Shown: positions 10,380 through 19,311 of the stretch, piece after piece
Position numbering within the stretch: position 1 is the stretch's first letter
Layout of the letters: every line of letters starts with the position of its first letter
DNA from: Gemmatimonadota bacterium
GTDB taxonomy: Bacteria; Gemmatimonadota; Gemmatimonadetes; Palauibacterales; Palauibacteraceae
DNA: 64,000 bases
Direction: 5' to 3'
NCBI GenBank assembly: GCA_963666735.1
Contig: OY762926.1
Location: 2,464,001 to 2,528,000, forward strand
Program-made: the position numbers and the translations under genes
The notes under the pieces: model-generated
What the model saw: the letters and a program-made list of their open reading frames with translations, nothing else
Told to the model about the DNA's origin: nothing
Database searches by the model: none

Positions 10380-12370
10380 GTTGATGCTTCGACCAGTGGC
10401 TGATTACCGTCTTCTTTCAACTTCGCCCCTCCGGTTTCCTCGCCCTGTCCCTCCGTTGCCACGGCCGGTGCCAAGAAGGGCGACGCGAGTAGCTTTCGCT
10501 TGAAATCACCCTGCCAATCGCTCCCCAGGTTGCCAACGCTTAGGAACTGTTCTCCGATGACGCTCAAGAAGGCTCCCTCGTTTCCGCCACTCACGTGACG
10601 ATTCCGATCCGCACACGCCCTCCCTTGCCCTGCTTGACGCCTTGGAGATGCTTCCAAGAGTAGGTCTGAATCGCACGACACCATACCCGCCTTCCACGGC
10701 CCTGTCTCGTTCTCTGCATGGACAACTTGGTATTCGACCGCATGAAACCCGGCATCCTCCAACGCCTGGAACAACGCGATCCAAGCCGTTGGCTCCTTGT
10801 TCGCGTAGCTGAATACGAACCGTCCATCTGATTCGAGGACACGATGAATCTCTCGAAATAGGTTGCTAAGCAGTCCCCGATAGGACTCCACGTCACCTGC
10901 GTTCCCGTTCACACGGTTGACGGCCGCATCGCCTCTTCCGTCGTGTACGCCGAGTTTCGCCCACGCGCGAAGCGGCATAGATAGTTCTCCATACTGGACA
11001 TCGTCATGATACGGAGGGTCCGTCAGGACGAGATTGACGACAGCGTCTGGCAAGGCCATACGCTCTGAACTGCCGAGCACGACACGTGCTGCCACGTCCT
11101 CCGTCAAGGCGCTTCTAGGACTCGACGAATCCCACGGTCCTTCTACCAAGACCGAATTACCCACTTCACTCCTTAGCCAGTCCGACGCTTTTGCCATTGC
11201 CCGCACCCTCTGCGAGAACGTTCCTCGACCATATCGGTAGGCGCCCCAGACGTTGGGCTCCGCCGACAGAGTCGTAAAGTTAAAGCGATGCAACGCCATG
11301 GTCTCGTAGTTCTTGAGGTACCAACGATCCCATCGTGAAGCATACCCGGCTGTCTCGGCGACGCCGACCGCTGCCAGCTCCAACGCCATCAAGACGGGTT
11401 CAGTCACGTCGAGTGCTGCCACCGCCTGCAGCAGTGACTCCAGCACCGCTCTTTGTCTAGCTGGATATAGAGACTCCCAGTTCTGAAATCCATGTCGCAG
11501 CAACACGCGCGTTTCCACGCCAAGGGGTATGGGTCCGAGATTCGTCGTTGGATTCCACGGCCTATCCTTGCTTCGCTCGATCTCGCCCTCAGACGGGTGC
11601 GACAGCTCCCGCTGTTCCCGGCCTGCTCTCTGCACTAGGATCGGCAGCCACGTTACGCCCCGTCGCATTAGGTCCGCCAACGAGGACTCCAAGCCGCAGC
11701 TTGGGCATGTAGTTCTTCGCCCAACCAAGTATCGTTCGTCGGGGTCAACCCATTCCGTACACTCCACACATTTGCGGGCGCGAATGTTTGACCGAAACAA
11801 ATGACCCCTGCGGCACGCGAGAAACGCTTCTCCGGCCTTGGTCTCCTTACGCTTTACCAACGAGGTCATCGCATATGGATAGAGTCGTCGTTCAATTCCA
11901 CACCTCGGACATGTCGCGGCAGCTACCCGCACGGTGTGGGTAACGATACCGTCATGACCCGAAGCCATCTCCGTCTTGTACGCCTCATCGAGCAGGGGTT
12001 GAAGCTTAGCTTCGAGTTGACGTTTTGCTTCCAGCAATTCGTCTGACGGCGGTAGACGGAGCGTCGTCGCAAGCCCGTGAGCCACCCACGAATTGATGTC
12101 CTGTGCGTAGATTTGATATCCGCGTGCCAACGCCGCGAAGGCTACGATGCCACCACCGACGAACGGGTCCGCGACTAGCCCCCCTTCGCCGCGAAGTCGC
12201 TTGTACGCTGCAAGGATCGAATCCGTGACTGCCATCGTCCTACGCGCCCACCATCGATACGACGACACTGGCGGGACTATTTTCTCCCGCTGCCTCGTTT
12301 CTGACCGCGCGCGTGCACCTACTCTTTCGGGGCGCAACTGCGCTAGGATGCTCGAACGCCGATCGCTCAT
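10376..12370 (-). CDS. DUF1156-like amino (N6A/N4C) DNA methyltransferase with Zn-ribbon insert
   Basis: RWWARR N-terminal motif, motif I DPFVGGG, catalytic TDPPY, CxxC clusters (CPRC, CVEC, CPSC); GGAGG-type RBS upstream. Confidence 0.85.
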   Translation of the reverse strand: MSDRRSSILAQLRPERVGARARSETRQREKIVPPVSSYRWWARRTMAVTDSILAAYKRLRGEGGLVADPFVGGGIVAFAALARGYQIYAQDINSWVAHGLATTLRLPPSDELLEAKRQLEAKLQPLLDEAYKTEMASGHDGIVTHTVRVAAATCPRCGIERRLYPYAMTSLVKRKETKAGEAFLACRRGHLFRSNIRARKCVECTEWVDPDERYLVGRRTTCPSCGLESSLADLMRRGVTWLPILVQRAGREQRELSHPSEGEIERSKDRPWNPTTNLGPIPLGVETRVLLRHGFQNWESLYPARQRAVLESLLQAVAALDVTEPVLMALELAAVGVAETAGYASRWDRWYLKNYETMALHRFNFTTLSAEPNVWGAYRYGRGTFSQRVRAMAKASDWLRSEVGNSVLVEGPWDSSSPRSALTEDVAARVVLGSSERMALPDAVVNLVLTDPPYHDDVQYGELSMPLRAWAKLGVHDGRGDAAVNRVNGNAGDVESYRGLLSNLFREIHRVLESDGRFVFSYANKEPTAWIALFQALEDAGFHAVEYQVVHAENETGPWKAGMVSCDSDLLLEASPRRQAGQGRACADRNRHVSGGNEGAFLSVIGEQFLSVGNLGSDWQGDFKRKLLASPFLAPAVATEGQGEETGGAKLKEDGNQPLVEAST

Positions 12371-12719
12371 ACTAACCGACCATCCCTCCTCAAGTGTCCA
12401 CGTGATCCAACTCTAGAGGCAGTCCCTGCATGAGCAAGGCGCGATCCAATAGCAGCTCCACCGACGTCCATCTGCCGACCGGCATACCATTTCTGTCGCG
12501 TGGTAGAGCGCCCGCTATCGCTTCATACTGACACCATCCACGAGCCTTCACGATACCGCTGGCGAACCGATCGCACACCATGAGAACCCAACGTTCATCT
12601 CTGGAGCTGTCCCGCTTTCACGGACGGTTAGTTTCTGTGGTTGATCGCCTCCGGTTCTTCTCCTTTCAGCCTCCCTCAGGCGCTCGGGAGAGGATGTCGG
12701 TGCGCGCCGCGGGTGCGCC

Positions 12720-13568
12720 TCAGGCCGCATGGTTGCTCTCGTAGTCGGCCGGCGACTCGTAGCCGAGTGCCGAGTGCAGCCGCCGGGTGTTGTAGAAGCC
12801 CTCGATGAAGCCGAAGACCTCCCGTCGCGCCTCATCCGCCGTGCGGAACGAGCGCTTCCAGATCAGCTCGCACTCGAGGGTGGCGAAGAAGCTCTCGCAC
12901 ATGGCGTTGTCGTACGCATCGCCCGCCGAGCCCATGGACTGGGCGATGCCCGACTCGCGGCAGCGCTCCCCGAAGGCGAGCGAGGTGTACTGCGAGCCCC
13001 TGTCGGAATGATGCACGACACGACCCTCGGGACGACGCCTTGCGAGAGCCATCGCCAGCGCGGTCTCGACGAGCTCGGTCCGCATGTGCGTCGCCATGGC
13101 CCAGCCGACGACGCGGCGGCTCCAGACGTCGAGCACGACGGCCAGATACAGCCAGCCAGCCCACGTGGGGACGTAGGTGATGTCGGCCACCCACAGCTCG
13201 TCGGGCCCCGAGGCCGAGAAGTCACGGTCCACCAGGTCCGGCGCGGGGCGGGCCTCGGTATCCCTCTTCGTCGTCGCCGTCTTGAAGCGCCGCCTGGTCG
13301 CGCCCTCGATCTCCAGCCCCCTCATCAGCCGCCCCACGCGCTTCTGCCCCACCCGCTCGCCCTCGGCCCTGAGCGCCGCGTGGATCCGCGGACGGCCGTA
13401 CGTCTCGCCGCTGCCGGTCCATATCTTCGCGATCCGGGCCTCCAGTTCCGCGTCCCGACGCGCGCGGTCCGAGGGAGGACGCCTCAACCAGTCGTAGTAG
13501 CCGCTGGGGGAGAGACCCAGCACCCGGCACATGGCCCGAAGCGGGAACTCGGCCCGGTGCGCCCTCAT
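12720..13568 (-). CDS. IS3-family transposase OrfB (DDE)
   Basis: WVADITY, HHSDRGSQY, DNAMCESFF, FYNTRRLHSALGY. Confidence 0.95.
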   Translation of the reverse strand: MRAHRAEFPLRAMCRVLGLSPSGYYDWLRRPPSDRARRDAELEARIAKIWTGSGETYGRPRIHAALRAEGERVGQKRVGRLMRGLEIEGATRRRFKTATTKRDTEARPAPDLVDRDFSASGPDELWVADITYVPTWAGWLYLAVVLDVWSRRVVGWAMATHMRTELVETALAMALARRRPEGRVVHHSDRGSQYTSLAFGERCRESGIAQSMGSAGDAYDNAMCESFFATLECELIWKRSFRTADEARREVFGFIEGFYNTRRLHSALGYESPADYESNHAA

Positions 13569-13879
13569 GAACGCATACCCCCGCCGGGGATCGATCCGCT
13601 CTCCCTCGCGAACCAGGCCGCGGCTTTTTTTAGGATGTCGCGCTCCATCCTGAGCCGCTTGTTCTCCCGCTCCAGGCGCCGCAACTCGCTGCGCGCCTCC
13701 GTTGTCAGCCCGTCGCTACGGAACCCCTCGTCCACATCCGCCTGCCGGACCCAGTTCCGGATCGTCTGCTCCGACGGCTCGAACTTCCGGGCGAGTGACG
13801 CGGCACTACGCCCGCCCCTCACCAGTTCCACCAGCCGCTCCCTGTACTCGGATGGATACCGCCCCTTCCGGCCCGCCAT
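13565..13879 (-). CDS. IS3-family transposase OrfA
   Basis: HTH plus LRMERDILKKAAAWF; A7G slippery run at 13624-13631; AGGAGG RBS. Confidence 0.93.
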   Translation of the reverse strand: MAGRKGRYPSEYRERLVELVRGGRSAASLARKFEPSEQTIRNWVRQADVDEGFRSDGLTTEARSELRRLERENKRLRMERDILKKAAAWFARESGSIPGGGMRS

Positions 13880-14627
13880 GGAACACCTCCTTGCTTGACC
13901 CCAATGGATAGGTGTCCGTCAAAGCGGGGCAACTCCACTCTCTCGCCTCGCTCTGCCTCGTTGCGGCTCAAGAACACCCTCGCTGGCTCTCGGCCTCTAG
14001 ATTGAGTCTTCACCTCGATTCGCACCGTAGTACCTGACAGATTTGGTGTAACCACATCGTACCCGAGTTGATCCGACACCTCACTTACGACGGCGACCCG
14101 CCGAGCCAAGTCCGGCCGTCCGCGTCGCGTAAGATAGTCTCTGCAGGCCTCCGCTACATATCGTTCTCCTTCACGTCCGACTTTCCGTAGCGCCTCGGCA
14201 TCGACCTTCTTCGCGACTGCCATCAAGATTTCGTCACGTCGACGCTGATCAGGACAGATGCTCCTGAGCCGTGTGTCAACACCTTCCGGAACGTATTCCC
14301 AACGCGCTTCTTCCCACCCTGCAGCGACAACCCATCCCGGACGCTCCCGCAATAGCAGCGTCTCAACGATCACCAGGATCGCATCCTCCTCAGGCAGTCG
14401 TGCGATCCTCCTTGCCGCGTCGGACACCAATAGCTGTCCGTCTTGTTTCCTCAATAGGCCTGCTCGCTCCAATATGGCCCTACCCTTGTCCAGCTCCATC
14501 GCTCCGTACACCCCGTCGCTCGGATCGTTGATGTACGCCGAGTGCAGCGTCTCCATAGTCTCACCGGCGTCGTCCACTAGGCTGATCACGCGTACCGCCG
14601 CTCGGCAGATGTGAGACGTGGGAAAAC

Positions 14628-16517
14628 TCACGGCTCGTCCCGCTCCGCTCCTCGAAGATGGGCCAGCACTGCCGATATGTCTCTCGCGTCCTCCACTGGT
14701 GCTCCATATTCCTCTTCATCGGGAAGCGCCATCGTAGCAATGTCCCCGTCCTCCAGCATCGTTCCAAGACGCTCAGCTTTTGCACGAACGCGTTCGTCGA
14801 TTACTTCGTCGATCGTATTCTCCGTCACCAAAAGAGTGATCCGCGTCTCCACATCAGGTCCTAGGCCCAATCGATGAATGCGATCCACACTCTGAAGATA
14901 TTGTCCCGCGTTGAACGTTCGTTCCAAGTAGATTGCGTCGTGACAAACCTGATGAAGGCTAATACCCTCGCCTGCGGCGGCCGGGTTGGCGATCATTACC
15001 AAGCACGCATCGTCGTTCCGGAACTTCCGCAGTTCGCCAATGCGATCCCGGTCGCCCTCCTTTTGTGCCTCCACAGGGATGCCTCCGTGAATCACGGCAG
15101 GATTAAGTTGTCTTAGCAACCTTTCGAGCGTCGCAATGTTTCGGACGAAATTGGTCCAAATCAATGTCTTGCGACCCTTTGTGGCATTAGCGTGGACCAG
15201 GTTCGCCAAGATCTCGAACTTCTGAGGGGTCTCGTAGGAACCGAACGACGTCAACAGGTCCACCAAATGACCTTGCTCTGGGAGTGGAAGAGGTGGATGT
15301 CGGAATACAATCGGGTCGAGTGGAGACGATCCCGCAACCAGAAGAGCGGGGTTTGTCGCCGCTTCTATCAGGTACATGACAATCCTGCCCATTCTTGCTA
15401 GAGATGCTTGGTCCGCCCTGCCCATCTCAAACGCACCAGCGTACTGGTTTCGAATGGCTTGGTACACATCTCGTTGTAGCCCGATCAGCGGCACCCTGAG
15501 GGCCTTGAATTCCGGCGGTCGCAAACCCAACTCCGCCTTGCGGGTTCTGACGAATATGGGGCGTATCGCCTCCGACACTCCCGCTACGACCTCAGGCGCC
15601 GCACTCCGCAAGTCACGCCGCGACGGAACGAGACGACGCCCAACGGTAGGCCAAAGGAAATCCAGAAGTGCGAGAAGATCCTCGGGACTGTGTGGTGCAG
15701 GTGTGCCGGTAAGGACATCTCGTCGCTCGGCCACAAACGCCAAATTCAAGCAAGCCCGTCCCCACTTCCCGTCCCAGCCCCTCTTTACTCGATGCGCTTC
15801 GTCAAGAACGACATGGGTCGCCTGCCCTCCAACCCAGCGTGACACGGCTTCATAGGCCCGATCTGTCGCCAGTCGCTGATAATTGATCAGGACAACCTCG
15901 GCTCGAAGACTAATCTCGTCGTCGAAGACTTCAATCGTCGGTGGTTGCTGAAAGCACTCATTCGCCTCTGACATCCACGCGTCGAATGACGAGATCGGTC
16001 CGACCACCAAGAGGGACTGGACCCGGCCCGCAAGGCGTTCCGCTTCGTAGACTCCGAAGGTTACCGTCGTCTTGCCTGCCCCAGGCACCGAGAAGTTCGC
16101 GCCGTGCGACAAGGCCAACAGCTTAGCCACGTCGCGTACTTGGAAGTCTCTTAATTCTCGGACGAAGCGGCCCCCCGCCAACCTGGCCGCTACTTCAAGT
16201 GTTGATACTGGCGAGGTTGGGCCGTACGCTTCGTCCAGTTGGTCGCCTAGTGCCGCCAGGCCCGTGAGAACGGCTCGTACTTGATCATCGGGACAGATTC
16301 GAAGTTTGTAACGCAAGCAAATCGTGCGAAGCGCTCCCGTGAAGGCGAGAAACGTGTCCAGCGGTACGGTCAGACGACCCTCTGTCGTAGATGCCTGAGC
16401 GCCATATAGCCCGCGTAAGCGTAGCCAGACTACATGGCGATCCTGAGCCTGTAGAGAGAGCGTTACCGACGACGCTGCGCGATCCAAGCGCAACGTGAGT
16501 TGGCCCGCGGACGCCAC
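14628..16517 (-). CDS. SNF2-family (SF2) helicase/ATPase
   Basis: PGAGKTT, LDEAH, LTGTP, AAGEGISL, QSVDRIHRLG. Start abuts the upstream stop; stop overlaps the downstream GTG. Confidence 0.9.
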   Translation of the reverse strand: MASAGQLTLRLDRAASSVTLSLQAQDRHVVWLRLRGLYGAQASTTEGRLTVPLDTFLAFTGALRTICLRYKLRICPDDQVRAVLTGLAALGDQLDEAYGPTSPVSTLEVAARLAGGRFVRELRDFQVRDVAKLLALSHGANFSVPGAGKTTVTFGVYEAERLAGRVQSLLVVGPISSFDAWMSEANECFQQPPTIEVFDDEISLRAEVVLINYQRLATDRAYEAVSRWVGGQATHVVLDEAHRVKRGWDGKWGRACLNLAFVAERRDVLTGTPAPHSPEDLLALLDFLWPTVGRRLVPSRRDLRSAAPEVVAGVSEAIRPIFVRTRKAELGLRPPEFKALRVPLIGLQRDVYQAIRNQYAGAFEMGRADQASLARMGRIVMYLIEAATNPALLVAGSSPLDPIVFRHPPLPLPEQGHLVDLLTSFGSYETPQKFEILANLVHANATKGRKTLIWTNFVRNIATLERLLRQLNPAVIHGGIPVEAQKEGDRDRIGELRKFRNDDACLVMIANPAAAGEGISLHQVCHDAIYLERTFNAGQYLQSVDRIHRLGLGPDVETRITLLVTENTIDEVIDERVRAKAERLGTMLEDGDIATMALPDEEEYGAPVEDARDISAVLAHLRGAERDEP

Positions 16518-17330
16518 CTAGATCGCGCCGATCTTGTCATACTGCGCGCGCAGGTCTCGGACCGCTTTTTCAAGCTTGCGTACTCTGTAGGTGAAGTCGT
16601 TTCGATCGAACGCCGAATCCTCCATCGCGGTTCTTAGCTGCGACCGGGCTCGTCGGATCTTGCCTGTGGCTTCCTTCAGCCTATTGCCCGGTGCTTCCGC
16701 CGCCTGCTCCCGTGCGTGATCTTGCTTCGCCAGTTCGGCGGCTCCATCCAACACTTGGCGAACCTGTTCGCGAATTCGATCACGATGTACTGTGACACGG
16801 GCGTCTCCCGTTCTTGCGTGGGGCGTATACTCCTCCAGGCCCGCCAGCCAAGTAAGGAAGGGCTCCGGATCTGAGCCCTCGCTCTCGGTTTCCGCCGAAG
16901 CACCGAGCAGGCCTAGGTTAAGATCATCCTCCGCCGTCTCTTCGGCGCTGCCAAATACCGCTTCGGTGGGCAGGAAGGTGCTTAGGTCCTGATCTTCGGA
17001 GAGGGCCGGCGCAAGATACGATTCGAAGAAATGCTCATTCATTTGTCGCAAGACCATGTAGCCGGATTCCAGGATGATACCGATAAAGCGCGTTGACCGC
17101 AGGCGGTCGGCCGCGTCGGGATCGTCCTTCTTCAGCTTCTCGTACGACGTGTCCAGTTCCTCCAGCGAGACCCGTTGATCATCAAAGACTTCATAGCTGA
17201 TTCTGTCCTGCGAGATCCCTTGAATCTCTCGAATCATGGAGAGGATTCGAATGGCCTGTTCAACCCTCGCGACGCCCTTTCGCATATGTGTCAGATCTGA
17301 AGACTGAGCATACCGAAGCATGAGAGCGAT

Positions 17331-18660
17331 TGAAGTGACCCCAAGAAGTTGGACACCCGACCTCCGGGTTTATTGTGCTGCTCAGCCCTCTCGGTAGAGG
17401 TCCTCGATGATGGTCATGGGTGGCCGGTCTCCGAGGGAGGAGTGACGGCGTACCCGATTGTAGTAGTTGATCCGGTCGCGGACGACGGCCGCGAGTTCCT
17501 CGACCGAGCCGGCGTCGAGGATCAGAGACCTGTTCTCCACCTTGAAGCGGCCGAAGAAGCTCTCCATCTCCGGGTTGTCCCTCGGTCCGCGCAGCGCGTA
17601 GGAGAGCCGCGCGCCCGCCGACAGCAGCCGGCGGGTCCATGCATAGCCGGTGAACACCGGGTCCCGGTCCTGGTGGACGATGATCCCGTCCAGCGAGTGC
17701 CGGAGGCGGGCCAGGGTCCGCTCCGCCGCCGTCCAGGCCGAGAGCGCCAAGCCGGAGTCGGCCGACGCTCCAACGGCGAAGCCCGCGACGTACTTCGTCG
17801 CGTGATCGAGGATGGGGATCAGCCACGCCTTGCTCGTCCCGCCGGCGTGGACGAGTTCGGTGAAGTCGGTGTAGAAGACCTCCAGCGGCCCCATCTCCGC
17901 CTTCGGCCGTCCCGACAACAGGTTCGCGCGCGGCCCCGCCGCGTCTATGGCCCGCCGGACCGCGCTCGGCTTCGGCCGCGTAACCGTACGCCTCAAGGGC
18001 AGATCCCACAGCCGGTGCAGCCGCGCCACGACCTTCCGGTTCACCCGGTGGCCGTACGTCTCCCGGAGTTCCGCGGCGGTTCGCCGGTACCCGTACTCCG
18101 GGTGCGCCTCGGCGATCGCCTTGAGCGGCGCCTCCAGGTGCGCGTATTTCTCCGCGTACGGCACTCTCGTCCGCGTGTGGTGGTACCACGTCGAGCGCGC
18201 CAGCTCCACCGCCCGCAGCGACGGCCCCAGGCCGTACGCCCCATGCGTTCCGGAGACGAGCGCCGCCTTCTCAGCCACGCTCAGCCGCTCCGGCCCAAGA
18301 AGTTTTTTAAAAGGGCGATCTCCACCTCCTTCTTGCCCAGAAGCTGCTCCAGGTCCCGGATCCGGCGCTCGTACTCCTTCACCGTCGTCTCCCGGGCGAA
18401 GACCTCCGGCGCCCGGTCCACGAACCGCCGCCTCCAGAGCTGTACCGAGTTCGGGTGCACCCCGTACGCCTTGGCCACCTGCCCGGGCGTCTTCTCGCCA
18501 CCCAGGACCTCCAGCACCACCTGTGCCTTCAGCTTGGGCGTGTACCGCCGCCGTGCCATGTCGACCTCCTTCCGGTCTGCCGGGTTCTACCCTGCGCAGC
18601 ACCGCGCCCGGAGGTCAAACGTCACAATGGTGGGGTGTCCAGGATCTGGGGGTCATATCC
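17331..18660 (-). mobile_element. IS3-family insertion sequence (IS-2, distinct from IS-1)
   Basis: Imperfect IRs TGAAGTGACCCCAAGAAGTTGGACACCC and (reverse complement) GGATATGACCCCCAGATCCTGGACACCC; TSD GAT at 17328-17330 and 18661-18663. Confidence 0.92.
17382..18559 (-). CDS. IS3-family transposase OrfA (18281-18559) and OrfB (to 17382), joined by -1 frameshift
   Basis: OrfA RRYTPKLKAQVV HTH; slippery TTTTAAAAAAC at 18302-18312; OrfB has YTDFT, HQDRD, DNPEMESFF, YYNRVRRHSSL. Confidence 0.9.
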
Positions 18661-19311
18661 GATTCCATCCAGCGGATGTTCGTAGGTCGTGTGGAGCTCT
18701 TCCACGAACAACAGTTGATTCGTGAACGTGTAGTTTTGCTTGAACTCTCGCGTCATTTGGAGTTTGAGCTCCAATTCAGCGATTTCACGCTCGGTCGCAG
18801 CAGGTGGAAGAACAGCAACACGGATGTAGTCGTTATTCAGGTCACCAAGCGCAACAGCGCGCCGGTTGCCGTTCACCAAGAGGCCGGTTCTAGTGACGAC
18901 GCCGGGTTGTCGCTGTCCTTCCTCGGCAAGATTTGCCTTGAGGTCCTCGTAAGTGTCGTCTTTACGTATCAAGTCGGCGAGGATTTCTTGAGCGGCGGCT
19001 TCCGTCGGGGCGGTCTGCACCGCATCCCTACCGGGATGGGATGCCAATTGGGCCTGGAGGCGGTGGCTACGGTGATTCAACACAACGGCGTCCATCCGGA
19101 GACGTACAACGTCGCAGAGCTGCTGAGTACCTTTCCAAGGGATCCGGTGACGTTCGCGTTCTCCGGATGAGTCATTGAGTTCGTCAATTATCTGCTGTTG
19201 GCGGTTGTGTCGAGAAAGCGGTGCCATCCGGACGCCTCCGTAAGGTTGCGATGAGCAGGTGAAGAAGAAGGTGAAACTACGGAAGTCTCAAAGTATGTCC
19301 CGAGCCCCAAG

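Larger units (their letters stand above)
12602..13937 (-). mobile_element. IS3-family insertion sequence (IS-1)
   Basis: Terminal IRs TGGAGCTGTCCCGCTTTCACGGAC and (reverse complement) TGGAGTTGCCCCGCTTTGACGGAC; 3-bp TSD CTC at 12599-12601 and 13938-13940. Confidence 0.95.
12390..14631 (-). pseudogene. DUF3883 (NOV C-terminal, PD-(D/E)xK) putative nuclease split by IS3
   Basis: GREGE...SDQLGYDV...RIEVK...FLSRNE motif. Removing the IS and one CTC copy joins ...RGE-RDERWVLMVCD... in frame, giving a 300 aa protein. Confidence 0.85.
16518..19227 (-). pseudogene. ParB/Srx-like N-terminal domain protein with helical C-terminus, split by IS3
   Basis: GQRQPGVV...LVNGNRRAVAL motif. Removing the IS and one GAT copy joins ...HPLDGI-ALMLRYAQ... 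in frame, giving a 458 aa protein. Confidence 0.82.

Noticed and set aside
12390..12581. 63 aa ORF as an independent gene
   Set aside because: It is the in-frame C-terminus of the IS-split DUF3883 gene.
12602..18660. Composite transposon formed by the two IS elements
   Set aside because: The elements differ in IRs and transposase, and each has its own target duplication, so they are independent insertions.
10062..19311. att sites or integrase bounding the defence island
   Set aside because: No integrase, tRNA or convincing flanking direct repeat was found by eye.
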